Shown: positions 39,555 to 53,765 of the stretch, one piece after another | How positions within the stretch are numbered: position 1 is the first letter of the stretch | How the letters are laid out: every line of letters starts with the position of its first letter | NCBI RefSeq assembly: GCF_009914755.1 | Contig: NC_060946.1 | Strand: one strand, 5' to 3' | DNA from: the human T2T-CHM13v2.0 reference genome, Homo sapiens | Length of the DNA: 64,000 bases | Notes under the pieces: generated by a model | Database searches by the model: none | Seen by the model: the letters and a program-made list of their open reading frames with translations, nothing else | Told to the model about the DNA's origin: nothing | Translations under genes and position numbers: made by a program

Positions 39555-42500
39555 AGATATTCCCGTTTCCAACGAAATCCTGAAATCTATCCAAATATCC
39601 CCTCGCAGATTCTACAAAAAGAGTGTTTCAAAACTGCTCTGTAAAAAGAAAGGTTCAACTCTGTTAGTTGAGTACACACATCACAAACAAGTTTCACAGA
39701 ATGCTTCTTTCTAGCTTGTAGGGGAAGATATTCCCTTTATCACCATGGGCCTCCAACCGTCCGAAACGTCCACTTCCATATACTACAAAAAGAGCGTTTC
39801 AAACCTGCTCTAGGAAAGGCAATGTTCAACTCTGTGACTTGAATGCAGACATCACAGAGCAGTTTCTGAGAATGCTTCTGTCTAGATTTTATAGGAAGAT
39901 ATTCCCGTTTCCAACGAAATCTTCACAGCTATCCAAATATCCACTTGCAGATTCTACAAAGAGAGTGCATCAAAACTGCTCTGTCAAAAGGAAGGTTCTT
40001 CTCTGTTAGGTGAGTGCATACGTCATAAAGGAGTTTCTGAGAATGTTTCTGTCTAGTGGTTATGGGAAGATATTTGCTTTTTCACCGTAGGCCTCAGAGC
40101 GCTCCAAATATCCACTTGCACATACTACAAAAAGAGTGCCTCAAAGCTGCTCTTTGAAACGGAATGTTCAACTCTATGAGTTGAATGCAAACATCACAAA
40201 GACGTTTCTGAGAATGCTTCTGTCTAGATTTGATATGAAGATATTCCCGTTTCCAACGAAATCTTCAAATCTATCCAAATGTCCACTTGCATAATCAACA
40301 AAAAGTGTTTTTCAGAACTGCTCTATCAAAAGAAAGATCCACCTCTGTTAGCTGAGTTCACACATCACAAACAAGTTTATGAGAATGCTTGTGTCTAGTT
40401 TTTATTTGAAGATATTTCCTTTCTCACCATAGACCTGAAAGCTGTCCTAATGTTCACTTCCAGATACTAGAGAAAGAGTGTTTCAAAACTGCTGTAGGAA
40501 AGGGAATGTTCAACTCTGTGACTTGAATGCACACATCACAAAGAAGTTTCTGAGGATGCTGCTGTCTACTTTTTATACGTAATCCCGTTTCCAACGAAAT
40601 CCTCCAAGCTATCCAAATATCCACTTGCAGATTCCACAGAAAGACTGTTTCAAAACTGCTCTGTCAATAGAAAGGTTCAACTCTGTTAGCTGCGTGCATA
40701 TATCCCAAAGAAGATTCTGAGATTGCTTCTGTCTAGTTTTTATGGGAAGATATTTCCCTTTTCACCGTAGGTGTCAAGGCGCTCCAAATGTCCACTTCCA
40801 GATACTACAAAAAGAGTGTTTCAAACCTACTCTGTGAAAGGGAATATTCAACTCTGTGACTTGAATGCACATATCACAAAGAAGTTTCTGAGAATGCTTC
40901 TGTCGAGATTTTATATGAAGATATTCCCATTTCCAACGAAATCCTGAAATCTATCCAAATATCCCCTCGCAGATTCTACAAAAAGAGTGTTTCAAAACTG
41001 CTCTGTAAAAAGAAAGGTTCAACTCTGTTACTTGAGTACACACATCACAAACAAGTTTCACAGAATGCTTCTTTCTAGCTTGTAGGGGAAGATATTCCCT
41101 TTATCACCATGGTCCTCAAACCGTCCGAAACGTCCACTTCCATATACTACAAAAAGAGCGTTACAAACCTGCTCTAGGAAAGGCAATGTTCAACTCTGTG
41201 ACTTGAATGCAGACATCACAGAGCAGTTTCTGAGAATGCTTCTGTCTAGATTTTATAGGAAGATATTCCAGTTTCCAACGAAATCTTCACAGCTATCCAA
41301 ATATCCACTTGCAGATTCTACAAAAAGAGTGTATCCAAACTGCTCTGTCAAAAGGAAGGTTCTTCTCTGTTAGGTGAGTGCATACGTCATAAAGGAGTTT
41401 CTGAGAATGTTTCTGTCTAGTAGTTATGGGAAGATATTTGCTTTTTCACCGTAGGCCTCAGAGCGCTCCAAATATCCACTTGCACATACTACAAAAAGAG
41501 TGCCTCAAAGCTGCTCTTTGAAACGGAATGTTCAACTCTATGAGTTGAATGCAAACATCACAAAGACGTTTCTGAGAATGCTTCTGTCTAGATTTGATAT
41601 GAAGATATTCCCGTTTCCAACGAAATCTTCAAATCTATCCAAATGTCCACTTGCAGATTCAACAAAAAGTGTTTTTCAGAACTGCTCTATCAAAAGAAAG
41701 ATCCACCTCTGTTAGCTGAGTTCACACATCACAAACAAGTTTATGAGAATGCTTCTGTCTAGTTTTTATTTGAAGATATTTCCTTTCTCACCATAGACCT
41801 GAAAGCTGTCCTAATGTTCACTTCCAGATACTACAGAAAGAGTGTTTCAAAACTGCTGTACGAAAGGGAATGTTCAACTCTGTGACTTGAATGCACACAT
41901 CACAAAGAAGTTTCTGAGGATGCTGCTGTCTACTTTTTATACGTAATCCCGTTTCCAACGAAATCCTCCAAGCTATCCAAATATCCACTTGCAGATTCCA
42001 CAGAAAGACTGTTTCAAAACTGCTCTGTCAATAGAAAGGTTCAACTCTGTTAGCTGCGTGCATATATCCCAAAGAAGATTCTGAGATTGCTTCTGTCTAG
42101 TTTTTATGGGAAGATATTTCCCTTTTCACCGTAGGCGTCAAGGCGCTCCAAATGTCCACTTCCAGATACTACAAAAAGAGTGTTTCGAACCTACTCTGTG
42201 AAAGGGAATATTCAACTCTGTGACTTGAATGCACATATCACAAAGAAGTTTCTGAGAATGCTTCTGTCGAGATTTTATATGAAGATATTCCCGTTTCCAA
42301 CGAAATCCTGAAATCTATCCAAATATCCCCTCGCAGATTCTACAAAAAGAGTGTTTCAAAACTGCTCTGTAAAAAGAAAGGTTCAACTCTGTTACTTGAG
42401 TACACACATCACAAACAAGTTTCACAGAATGCTTCTTTCTAGCTTGTAGGGGAAGATATTCCCTTTATCACCATGGTCCTCAAACCGTCCGAAACGTCCA

Positions 42501-45500
42501 CTTCCATATACTACAAAAAGAGCGTTTCAAACCTGCTCTAGGAAAGGCAATGTTCAACTCTGTGACTTGAATGCAGACATCACAGAGCAGTTTCTGAGAA
42601 TGCTTCTGTCTAGATTTTATAGGAAGATATTCCCGTTTCCAACGAAATCTTCACAGCTATCCAAATATCCACTTGCAGATTCTACAAAAAGAGTGTATCA
42701 AAACTGCTCTGTCAAAAGGAAGGTTCTTCTCTGTTAGGTGAGTGCATACGTCATAAAGGAGTTTCTGAGAATGTTTCTGTCTAGTGGTTATGGGAAGATA
42801 TTTGCTTTTTCACCGTAGGCCTCAGAGCGCTCCAAATATCCACTTGCACATACAACAAAAAGAGTGCCTCAAAGCTGCTCTTTGAAACGGAATGTTCAAC
42901 TCTATGAGTTGAATGCAAACATCACAAAGACGTTTCTGAGAATGCTTCTGTCTAGATTTGATATGAAGATATTCCCGTTTCCAACGAAATCTTCAAATCT
43001 ATCCAAATGTCCACTTGCAGATTCAACAAAAAGTGTTTTTCAGAACTGCTCTATCAAAAGAAAGATCCACCTCTGTTAGCTGAGTTCACACATCACAAAC
43101 AAGTTTATGAGAATGCTTCTGTCTAGTTTTTATTTGAAGATATTTCCTTTCTCACCATAGACCTGAAAGCTGTCCTAATGTTCACTTCCAGATACTACAG
43201 AAAGAGTGTTTGAAAACTGCTGTACGAAAGGGAATGTTCAACTCTGTGACTTGAATGCACACATCACAAAGAAGTTTCTGAGGATGCTGCTGTCTACTTT
43301 TTATACGTAATCCCGTTTCCAACGAAATCCTCCAAGCTATCCAAATATCCACTTGCAGATTCCACAGAAAGACTGTTTCAAAACTGCTCTGTCAATAGAA
43401 AGGTTCAACTCTGTTAGCTGCGTGCATATATCCCAAAGAAGATTCTGAGATTGCTTCTGTCTAGTTTTTATGGGAAGATATTTCCCTTTTCACCGTAGGC
43501 GTCAAGGCGCTCCAAATGTCCACTTCCAGATACTACAAAAAGAGTGTTTCAAACCTACTCTGTGAAAGGGAATATTCAACTCTGTGACTTGAATGCACAT
43601 ATCACAAAGAAGTTTCTGAGAATGCTTCTGTCGAGATTTTATATGAAGATATTCCCGTTTCCAACGAAATCCTGAAATCTATCCAAATATCCCCTCGCAG
43701 ATTCTACAAAAAGAGTGTTTCAAAACTGTTCTGTAAAAAGAAAGGTTCAACTCTGTTAGTTGAGTACACACATCACAAACAAGTTTCACAGAATGCTTCT
43801 TTCTAGCTTGTAGGGGAAGATATTCCCTTTATCACCATGGTCCTCAAACCGTCCGAAACGTCCACTTCCATATACTACAAAAAGAGCGTTTCAAACCTGC
43901 TCTAGGAAAGGCAATGTTCAACTCTGTGACTTGAATGCAGACATCACAGAGCAGTTTCTGAGAATGCTTCTGTCTAGATTTTATAGGAAGATATTCCCGT
44001 TTCCAACGAAATCTTCACAGCTATCCAAATATCCACTTGCAGATTCTACAAAAAGAGTGTATCAAAACTGCTCTGTCAAAAGGAAGGTTCTTCTCTGTTA
44101 GGTGAGTGCATACGTCATAAAGGAGTTTCTGAGAATGTTTCTGTCTAGTGGTTATGGGAAGATATTTGCTTTTTCACCGTAGGCCTCAGAGCGCTCCAAA
44201 TATCCACTTGCACATACTACAAAAAGAGTGCCTCAAAGCTGCTCTCTGAAACGGAATGTTCAACTCTATGAGTTGAATGCAAACATCAGAAAGACGTTTC
44301 TGAGAATGCTTCTGTCTAGATTTGATATGAAGATATTCCCGTTTCCAACGAAATCTTCAAATCTATCCAAATGTCCACTTGCATAATCAACAAAAAGTGT
44401 TTTTCAGAACTGCTCTATCAAAAGAAAGATCCACCTCTGTTAGCTGAGTTCACACATCACAAACAAGTTTATGAGAATGCTTCTGTCTAATTTTTATTTG
44501 AAGATATTCCCTTTCTCACCATGGACCTGAAAGCTGTCCTAATGTTCACTTCCAGATACTACAGAAAGAGTGTTTCAAAACTGCTGTACGAAAGGGAATG
44601 TTCAACTCTGTGACTTGAATGCACACATCACAAGGAAGTTTCTGAGGATGCTGCTGTCTACTTTTTATACGTAATCCCGTTTCCAACGAAATCCTCCAAG
44701 CTATCCAAATATCCACTTGCAGATTCCACAGAAAGACTGTTTCAAAACTGCTCTGTCAATAGAAAGGTTCAACTCTGTTAGCTGCGTGCATATATCCCAA
44801 AGAAGATTCTGAGATTGCTTCTGTCTAGTTTTTATGGGAAGATATTTCCCTTTTCACCGTAGGCGTCAAGGCGCTCCAAATGTCCACTTCCAGATACTAC
44901 AAAAAGAGTGTTTCAAACCTACTCTGTGAAAGCGAATATTCAACTCTGTGACTTTAATGCACATATCACAAAGAAGTTTCTGAGAATGCTTCTGTCGAGA
45001 TTTTATATGAAGATATTCCCGTTTCCAACGAAATCCTGAAATCTATCCAAATATCCCCTCGCAGATTCTACAAAAAGAATGTTTCAAAACTGCTCTGTAA
45101 AAAGAAAGGTTCAACTCTGTTAGTTGAGTACACACATCACAAACAAGTTTCACAGAATGCTTCTTTCTAGCTTGTAGGGGAAGATATTCCCTTTATCACC
45201 ATGGGCCTCCAACCGTCCGAAACGTCCACTTCCATATACTACAAAAAGAGCGTTTCAAACCTGCTCTAGGAAAGGCAATGTTCAACTCTGTGACTTGAAT
45301 GCAGACATCACAGAGCAGTTTCTGAGAATGCTTCTGTCTAGATTTTATAGGAAGATATTCCCGTTTCCAACGAAATCTTCACAGCTATCCAAATATCCAC
45401 TTGCAGATTCTACAAAGAGAGTGCATCAAAACTGCTCTGTCAAAAGGAAGGTTCTTCTCTGTTAGGTGAGTGCATACGTCATAAAGGAGTTTCTGAGAAT

Positions 45501-48500
45501 GTTTCTGTCTAGTGGTTATGGGAAGATATTTGCTTTTTCACCGTAGGCCTCAGAGCGCTCCAAATATCCACTTGCACATACTACAAAAAGAGTGCCTCAA
45601 AGCTGCTCTTTGAAACGGAATGTTCAACTCTATGAGTTGAATGCAAACATCACAAAGACGTTTCTGAGAATGCTTCTGTCTAGATTTGATATGAAGATAT
45701 TCCCGTTTCCAAGGAAATCTTCAAATCTATCCAAATGTCCACTTGCATAATCAACAAAAAGTGTTTTTCAGAACTGCTCTATCAAAAGAAAGATCCACCT
45801 CTGTTAGCTGAGTTCACACATCACAAACAAGTTTATGAGAATGCTTGTGTCTAGTTTTTATTTGAAGATATTTCCTTTCTCACCATAGACCTGAAAGCTG
45901 TCCTAATGTTCACTTCCAGATACTAGAGAAAGAGTGTTTCAAAACTGCTGTAGGAAAGGGAATGTTCAACTCTGTGACTTGAATGCACACATCACAAAGA
46001 AGTTTCTGAGGATGCTGCTGTCTACTTTTTATACGTAATCCCGTTTCCAACGAAATCCTCCAAGCTATCCAAATATCCACTTGCAGATTCCACAGAAAGA
46101 CTGTTTCAAAACTGCTCTGTCAATAGAAAGGTTCAACTCTGTTAGCTGCGTGCATATATCCCAAAGAAGATTCTGAGATTGCTTCTGTCTAGTTTTTATG
46201 GGAAGATATTTCCCTTTTCACCGTAGGCGTCAAGGCGCTCCAAATGTCCACTTCCAGATACTACAAAAAGAGTGTTTCAAACCTACTCTGTGAAAGGGAA
46301 TATTCAACTCTGTGACTTGAATGCACATATCACAAAGAAGTTTCTGAGAATGCTTCTGTCGAGATTTTATATGAAGATATTCCCGTTTCCAACGAAATCC
46401 TGAAATCTATCCAAATATCCCCTCGCAGATTCTACAAAAAGAGTGTTTCAAAACTGCTCTGTAAAAAGAAAGGTTCAACTCTGTTACTTGAGTACACACA
46501 TCACAAACAAGTTTCACAGAATGCTTCTTTCTAGCTTGTAGGGGAAGATATTCCCTTTATCACCATGGTCCTCAAACCGTCCGAAACGTCCACTTCCATA
46601 TACTACAAAAAGAGCGTTACAAACCTGCTCTATGAAAGGCAATGTTCAACTCTGTGACTTGAATGCAGACATCACAGAGCAGTTTCTGAGAATGCTTCTG
46701 TCTAGATTTTATAGGAAGATATTCCAGTTTCCAACGAAATCTTCACAGCTATCCAAATATCCACTTGCAGATTCTACAAAAAGAGTGTATCCAAACTGCT
46801 CTGTCAAAAGGAAGGTTCTTCTCTGTTAGGTGAGTGCATACGTCATAAAGGAGTTTCTGAGAATGTTTCTGTCTAGTAGTTATGGGAAGATATTTGCTTT
46901 TTCACCGTAGGCCTCAGAGCGCTCCAAATATCCACTTGCACATACTACAAAAAGAGTGCCTCAAAGCTGCTCTTTGAAACGGAATGTTCAACTCTATGAG
47001 TTGAATGCAAACATCACAAAGACGTTTCTGAGAATGCTTCTGTCTAGATTTGATATGAAGATATTCCCGTTTCCAACGAAATCTTCAAATCTATCCAAAT
47101 GTCCACTTGCAGATTCAACAAAAAGTGTTTTTCAGAACTGCTCTATCAAAAGAAAGATCCACCTCTGTTAGCTGAGTTCACACATCACAAACAAGTTTAT
47201 GAGAATGCTTCTGTCTAGTTTTTATTTGAAGATATTTCCTTTCTCACCATAGACCTGAAAGCTGTCCTAATGTTCACTTCCAGATACTACAGAAAGAGTG
47301 TTTCAAAACTGCTGTACGAAAGGGAATGTTCAACTCTGTGACTTGAATGCACACATCACAAAGAAGTTTCTGAGGATGCTGCTGTCTACTTTTTATACGT
47401 AATCCCGTTTCCAACGAAATCCTCCAAGCTATCCAAATATCCACTTGCAGATTCCACAGAAAGACTGTTTCAAAACTGCTCTGTCAATAGAAAGGTTCAA
47501 CTCTGTTAGCTGCGTGCATATATCCCAAAGAAGATTCTGAGATTGCTTCTGTCTAGTTTTTATGGGAAGATATTTCCCTTTTCACCGTAGGCGTCAAGGC
47601 GCTCCAAATGTCCACTTCCAGATACTACAAAAAGAGTGTTTCAAACCTACTCTGTGAAAGGGAATATTCAACTCTGTGACTTGAATGCACATATCACAAA
47701 GAAGTTTCTGAGAATGCTTCTGTCGAGATTTTATATGAAGATATTCCCGTTTCCAACGAAATCCTGAAATCTATCCAAATATCCCCTCGCAGATTCTACA
47801 AAAAGAGTGTTTCAAAACTGCTCTGTAAAAGGAAAGGTTCAACTCTGTTAGTTGAGTACACACATCACAAACAAGTTTCACAGAATGCTTCTTTCTAGCT
47901 TGTAGGGGAAGATATTCCCTTTATCACCATGGTCCTCAAACCGTCCGAAACGTCCACTTCCATATACTACAAAAAGAGCGTTTCAAACCTGCTCTAGGAA
48001 AGGCAATGTTCAACTCTGTGACTTGAATGCAGACATCACAGAGCAGTTTCTGAGAATGCTTCTGTCTAGATTTTATAGGAAGATATTCCCGTTTCCAACG
48101 AAATCTTCACAGCTATCCAAATATCCACTTGCAGATTCTACAAAAAGAGTGTATCAAAACTGCTCTGTCAAAAGGAAGGTTCTTCTCTGTTAGGTGAGTG
48201 CATACGTCATAAAGGAGTTTCTGAGAATGTTTCTGTCTAGTGGTTATGGGAAGATATTTGCTTTTTCACCGTAGGCCTCAGAGCGCTCCAAATATCCACT
48301 TGCACATACAACAAAAAGAGTGCCTCAAAGCTGCTCTTTGAAACGGAATGTTCAACTCTATGAGTTGAATGCAAACATCACAAAGACGTTTCTGAGAATG
48401 CTTCTGTCTAGATTTGATATGAAGATATTCCCGTTTCCAAAGAAATCTTCAAATCTATCCAAATGTCCACTTGCAGATTCAACAAAAAGTGTTTTTCAGA

Positions 48501-49102
48501 ACTGCTCTATCAAAAGAAAGATCCACCTCTGTTAGCTGAGTTCACACATCACAAACAAGTTTATGAGAATGCTTCTGTCTAGTTTTTATTTGAAGATATT
48601 TCCTTTCTCACCATAGACCTGAAAGCTGTCCTAATGTTCACTTCCAGATACTACAGAAAGAGTGTTTCAAAACTGCTGTACGAAAGGGAATGTTCAACTC
48701 TGTGACTTGAATGCACACATCACAAAGAAGTTTCTGAGGATGCTGCTGTCTACTTTTTATACGTAATCCCGTTTCCAACGAAATCCTCCAAGCTATCCAA
48801 ATATCCACTTGCAGATTCCACAGAAAGACTGTTTCAAAACTGCTCTGTCAATAGAAAGGTTCAACTCTGTTAGCTGCGTGCATATATCCCAAAGAAGATT
48901 CTGAGATTGCTTCTGTCTAGTTTTTATGGGAAGATATTTCCCTTTTCACCGTAGGCGTCAAGGCGCTCCAAATGTCCACTTCCAGATACTACAAAAAGAG
49001 TGTTTCAAACCTACTCTGTGAAAGCGAATATTCAACTCTGTGACTTGAATGCACATATCACAAAGAAGTTTCTGAGAATGCTTCTGTCGAGATTTTATAT
49101 GA
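38191..49102. repeat. Tandem duplication of an approximately 4-HOR block (H29-H32 / H33-H36, period 5456 bp)
   Basis: Rare variants repeat at +5456: AAAGAGAGTGCAT (39961/45417), GCTTGTGTC (40391/45847), TACTAGAG (40470/45926), TTCCAGTTT (41270/46726), CTAGTAGTT (41422/46878). Confidence 0.88.
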
Positions 49103-52100
49103 AGATATTCCCGTTTCCAACGAAATCCTGAAATCTATCCAAATATCCCCTCGCAGATTCTACAAAAAGAGTGTTTCAAAACTGCTCTGTAAAAAGAAAG
49201 GTTCAACTCTGTTAGTTGAGTACACACATCACAAACAAGTTTCACAGAATGCTTCTTTCTAGCTTGTAGGGGAAGATATTCCCTTTATCACCATGGGCCT
49301 CCAACCGTCCGAAACATCCACTTCCATATACTACAAAAAGAGCGTTTCAAACCTGCTCTAGGAAAGGCAATGTTCAACTCTGTGACTTGAATGCAGACAT
49401 CACAGAGCAGTTTCTGAGAATGCTTCTGTCTAGATTTTATAGGAAGGTATTCCCGTTTCCAACGAAATCTTCACAGCTATCCAAATATCCACTTGCAGAT
49501 TCTACAAAAAGAGTGTATCAAAACTGCTCTGTCAAAAGGAAGGTTCTTCTCTGTTAGGTGAGTGCATACGTCATAAAGGAGTTTCTGAGAATGTTTCTGT
49601 CTAGTGGTTATGGGAAGATATTTGCTTTTTCACCGTAGGCCTCAGAGCGCTCCAAATATCCACTTGCACATACTACAAAAAGAGTGCCTCAAAGCTGCTC
49701 TTTGAAACGGAATGTTCAACTCTATGAGTTGAATGCAAACATCACAAAGACGTTTCTGAGAATGCTTCTGTCTAGATTTGATATGAAGATATTCCCGTTT
49801 CCAACGAAATCTTCAAATCTATCCAAATGTCCACTTGCAGATTCAACAAAAAGTGTTTTTCAGAACTGCTGTATCAAAAGAAAGATCCACCTCTGTTAGC
49901 TGAGTTCACACATCACAAACAAGTTTATGAGAATGCTTCTGTCTAGTTTTTATTTGAAGATATTTCCTTTCTCACCATAGACCTGAAAGCTGTCCTAATG
50001 TTCACTTCCAGATACTACAGAAAGAGTGTTTCAAAACTGCTGTATGAAAGGGAATGTTCAACTCTGTGACTTGAATGCACACATCACAAAGAAGTTTCTG
50101 AGGATGCTGCTGTCTACTTTTTATATGTAATCCCGTTTCCAATGAAATCCTCCAAGCTATCCAAATATCCACTTGCAGATTCCACAGAAAGACTGTTTCA
50201 AAACTGCTCTGTCAATAGAAAGGTACAACTCTGTTAGCTGCGTGCATATATCCCAAAGAAGATTCTGAGATTGCTTCTGTCTAGTTTTTATGGGAAGATA
50301 TTTCCCTTTTCACCGTAGGCGTCAAGGCGCTCCAAATGTCCACTTCCAGATACTACAAAAAGAGTGTTTCAAACCTACTCTGTGAAAGGGAATATTCAAC
50401 TCTGTGACTTGAATGCACATATCACAAAGAAGTTTCTGAGAATGCTTCTGTCGAGATTTTATATGAAGATATTCCCGTTTCCAACGAAATCCTGAAATCT
50501 ATCCAAATATCCCCTCGCAGATTCTATAAAAAGAGAGTTTCAAAACTGCTCTGTAAAAAGAAAGGTTCAACTCTGTTAGTTGAGTACACACATCACAAAC
50601 AAGTTTCACAGAATGCTTCTTTCTAGCTTGTAGGGGAAGATATTCCCTTTATCACCATGGGCCTCCAACCGTCCGAAACATCCACTTCCATATACTACAA
50701 AAAGAGCGTTTCAAACCTGCTCTATGAAAGGCAATGTTCAACTCTGTGACTTGAAAGCAGACATCACAGAGCAGTTTCTGAGAATGCTTCTGTCTAGATT
50801 TTATAGGAAGATATTCCCGTTTCCAACGAAATCTTCACAGCTATCCAAATATCCACTTGCAGATTCTACAAAAAGAGTGTATCAAAACTGCTCTGTCAAA
50901 AGGAAGGTTCTTCTCTGTTAGGTGAGTGCATGCGTCATAAAGGAGTTTCTGAGAATGTTTCTGTCTAGTGGTTATGGGAAGATATTTGCTTTTTCACCGT
51001 AGGCCTCAGAGAGCTCCAAATATCCACTTGCACATACTACAAAAAGAGTGCCTCAAAGCTGCTCTCTGAAACGGAATGTTCAACTCTATGAGTTGAATGC
51101 AAACATCACAAAGACGTTTCTGAGAATGCTTCTGTCTAGATTTGATATGAAGATATTCCCGTTTCCAACGAAATCTTCAAATCTATCCAAATGTCCACTT
51201 GCAGATTCAACAAAAAGTGTTTTTCAGAACTGCTCTATCAAAAGAAAGATCCACCTCTGTTAGCTGAGTTCACACATCACAAACAAGTTTATGAGAATGC
51301 TTCTGTCTAGTTTTTATTTGAAGATATTTCCTTTCTCACCATAGACCTGAAAGCTGTCCTAATGTTCACTTCCAGATACTACAGAAAGAGTGTTTCAAAA
51401 CTGCTGTACGAAAGGGAATGTTCAACCCTGTGACTTGAATGCACACATCACAAAGAAGTTTCTGAGGATGCTGCTGTCTACTTTTTATACGTAATCCCGT
51501 TTCCAACGAAATCCTCCAAGCTATCCAAATATCCACTTGCAGATTCCACAGAAAGACTGTTTCAAAACTGCTCTGTCAATAGAAAGGTTCAACTCTGTTA
51601 GCTGCGTGCATATATCCCAAAGAAGATTCTGAGATTGCTTCTGTCTAGTTTTTATGGGAAGATATTTCCCTTTTCACCGTAGGCGTCAAGGCGCTCCAAA
51701 TGTCCACTTCCAGATACTACAAAAAGAGTGTTTCAAACCTACTCTGTGAAAGCGAATATTCAACTCTGTGACTTGAATGCACATATCACAAAGAAGTTTC
51801 TGAGAATGCTTCTGTCGAGATTTTATATGAAGATATTCCCGTTTCCAACGAAATCCTGAAATCTATCCAAATATCCCCTCGCAGATTCTACAAAAAGAGT
51901 GTTTCAAAACTGCTCTGTAAAAAGAAAGGTTCAACTCTGTTAGTTGAGTACACACATCACAAACAAGTTTCACAGAATGCTTCTTTCTAGCTTGTAGGGG
52001 AAGATATTCCCTTTATCACCATGGGCCTCCAACCGTCCGAAACGTCCACTTCCATATACTACAAAAAGAGCGTTTCAAACCTGCTCTAGGAAAGGCAATG

Positions 52101-53765
52101 TTCAACTCTGTGACTTGAATGCAGACATCACAGAGCAGTTTCTGAGAATGCTTCTGTCTAGATTTTATAGGAAGATATTCCCGTTTCCAACGAAATCTTC
52201 ACAGCTATCCAAATATCCACTTGCAGATTCTACAAAAAGAGTGTATCAAAACTGCTCTGTCAAAAGGAAGGTTCTTCTCTGTTAGGTGAGTGCATACGTC
52301 ATAAAGGAGTTTCTGAGAATGTTTCTGTCTTGTGGTTATGGGAAGATATTTGCTTTTTCACCGTAGGCCTCAGAGCGCTCCAAATATCCACTTGCACATA
52401 CTACAAAAAGAGTGCCTCAAAGCTGCTCTTTGAAACGGAATGTTCAACTCTATGAGTTGAATGCAAACATCACAAAGACGTTTCTGAGAATGCTTCTGTC
52501 TAGATTTGATATGAAGATATTCCCGTTTCCAACGAAATCTTCAAATCTATCCAAATGTCCACTTGCATAATCAACAAAAAGTGTTTTTCAGAACTGCTCT
52601 ATCAAAAGAAAGATCCACCTCTGTTAGCTGAGTTCACACATCACAAACAAGTTTATGAGAATGCTTCTGTCTAGTTTTTATTTGAAGATATTTCCTTTCT
52701 CACCATAGACCTGAAAGCTGTCCTAATGTTCACTTCCAGATACTACAGAAAGAGTGTTTCAAAACTGCTGTATGAAAGGGAATGTTCAACTCTGTGACTT
52801 GAATGCACACATCACAAAGAAGTTTCTGAGGATGCTGCTGTCTACTTTTTATATGTAATCCCGTTTCCAATGAAATCCTCCAAGCTATCCAAATATCCAC
52901 TTGCAGATTCCACAGAAAGACTGTTTCAAAACTGCTCTGTCAATAGAAAGGTACAACTCTGTTATCTGCGTGCATATATCCCAAAGAAGATTCTGAGATT
53001 GCTTCTGTCTAGTTTTTATGGGAAGATATTTCCCTTTTCACCGTAGGCGTCAAGGCGCTCCAAATGTCCACTTCCAGATACTACAAAAAGAGTGTTTCAA
53101 ACCTACTCTGTGAAAGGGAATATTCAACTCTGTGACTTGAATGCATATATCACAAAGAAGTTTCTGAGAATGCTTCTGTCGAGATTTTATATGAAGATAT
53201 TCCCGTTTCCAACGATATCCTGAAATCTATCCAAATATCCCCTCGCAGATTCTACAAAAAGAGAGTTTCAAAACTGCTCTGTAAAAAGAAAGGTTCAACT
53301 CTGTTAGTTGAGTACACACATCACAAACAAGTTTCACAGAATGCTTCATTCTAGCTTGTAGGGGAAGATATTCCCTTTATCACCATGGGCCTCCAACCGT
53401 CCGAAACATCCACTTCCATATACTACAAAAAGAGCGTTTCAAACCTGCTCTATGAAAGGCAATGTTCAACTCTGTGACTTGAATGCAGACATCACAGAGC
53501 AGTTTCTGAGAATGCTTCTGTCTAGATTTTATAGGAAGATATTCCCGTTTCCAACGAAATCTTCACAGCTATCCAAATATCCACTTGCAGATTCTACAAA
53601 AAGAGTGTATCAAAACTGCTCTGTCAAAAGGAAGGTTCTTCTCTGTTAGGTGAGTGCATACGTCATAAAGGAGTTTCTGAGAATGTTTCTGTCTAGTGGT
53701 TATGGGAAGATATTTGCTTTTTCACCGTAGGCCTCAGAGCGCTCCAAATATCCACTTGCACATAC

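Noticed and set aside
42185-42188. Extra TaqI site/new CpG (TTTCGAAC) and other singleton substitutions
   Set aside because: Isolated point variants with no pattern; ordinary mutation or sequence error.
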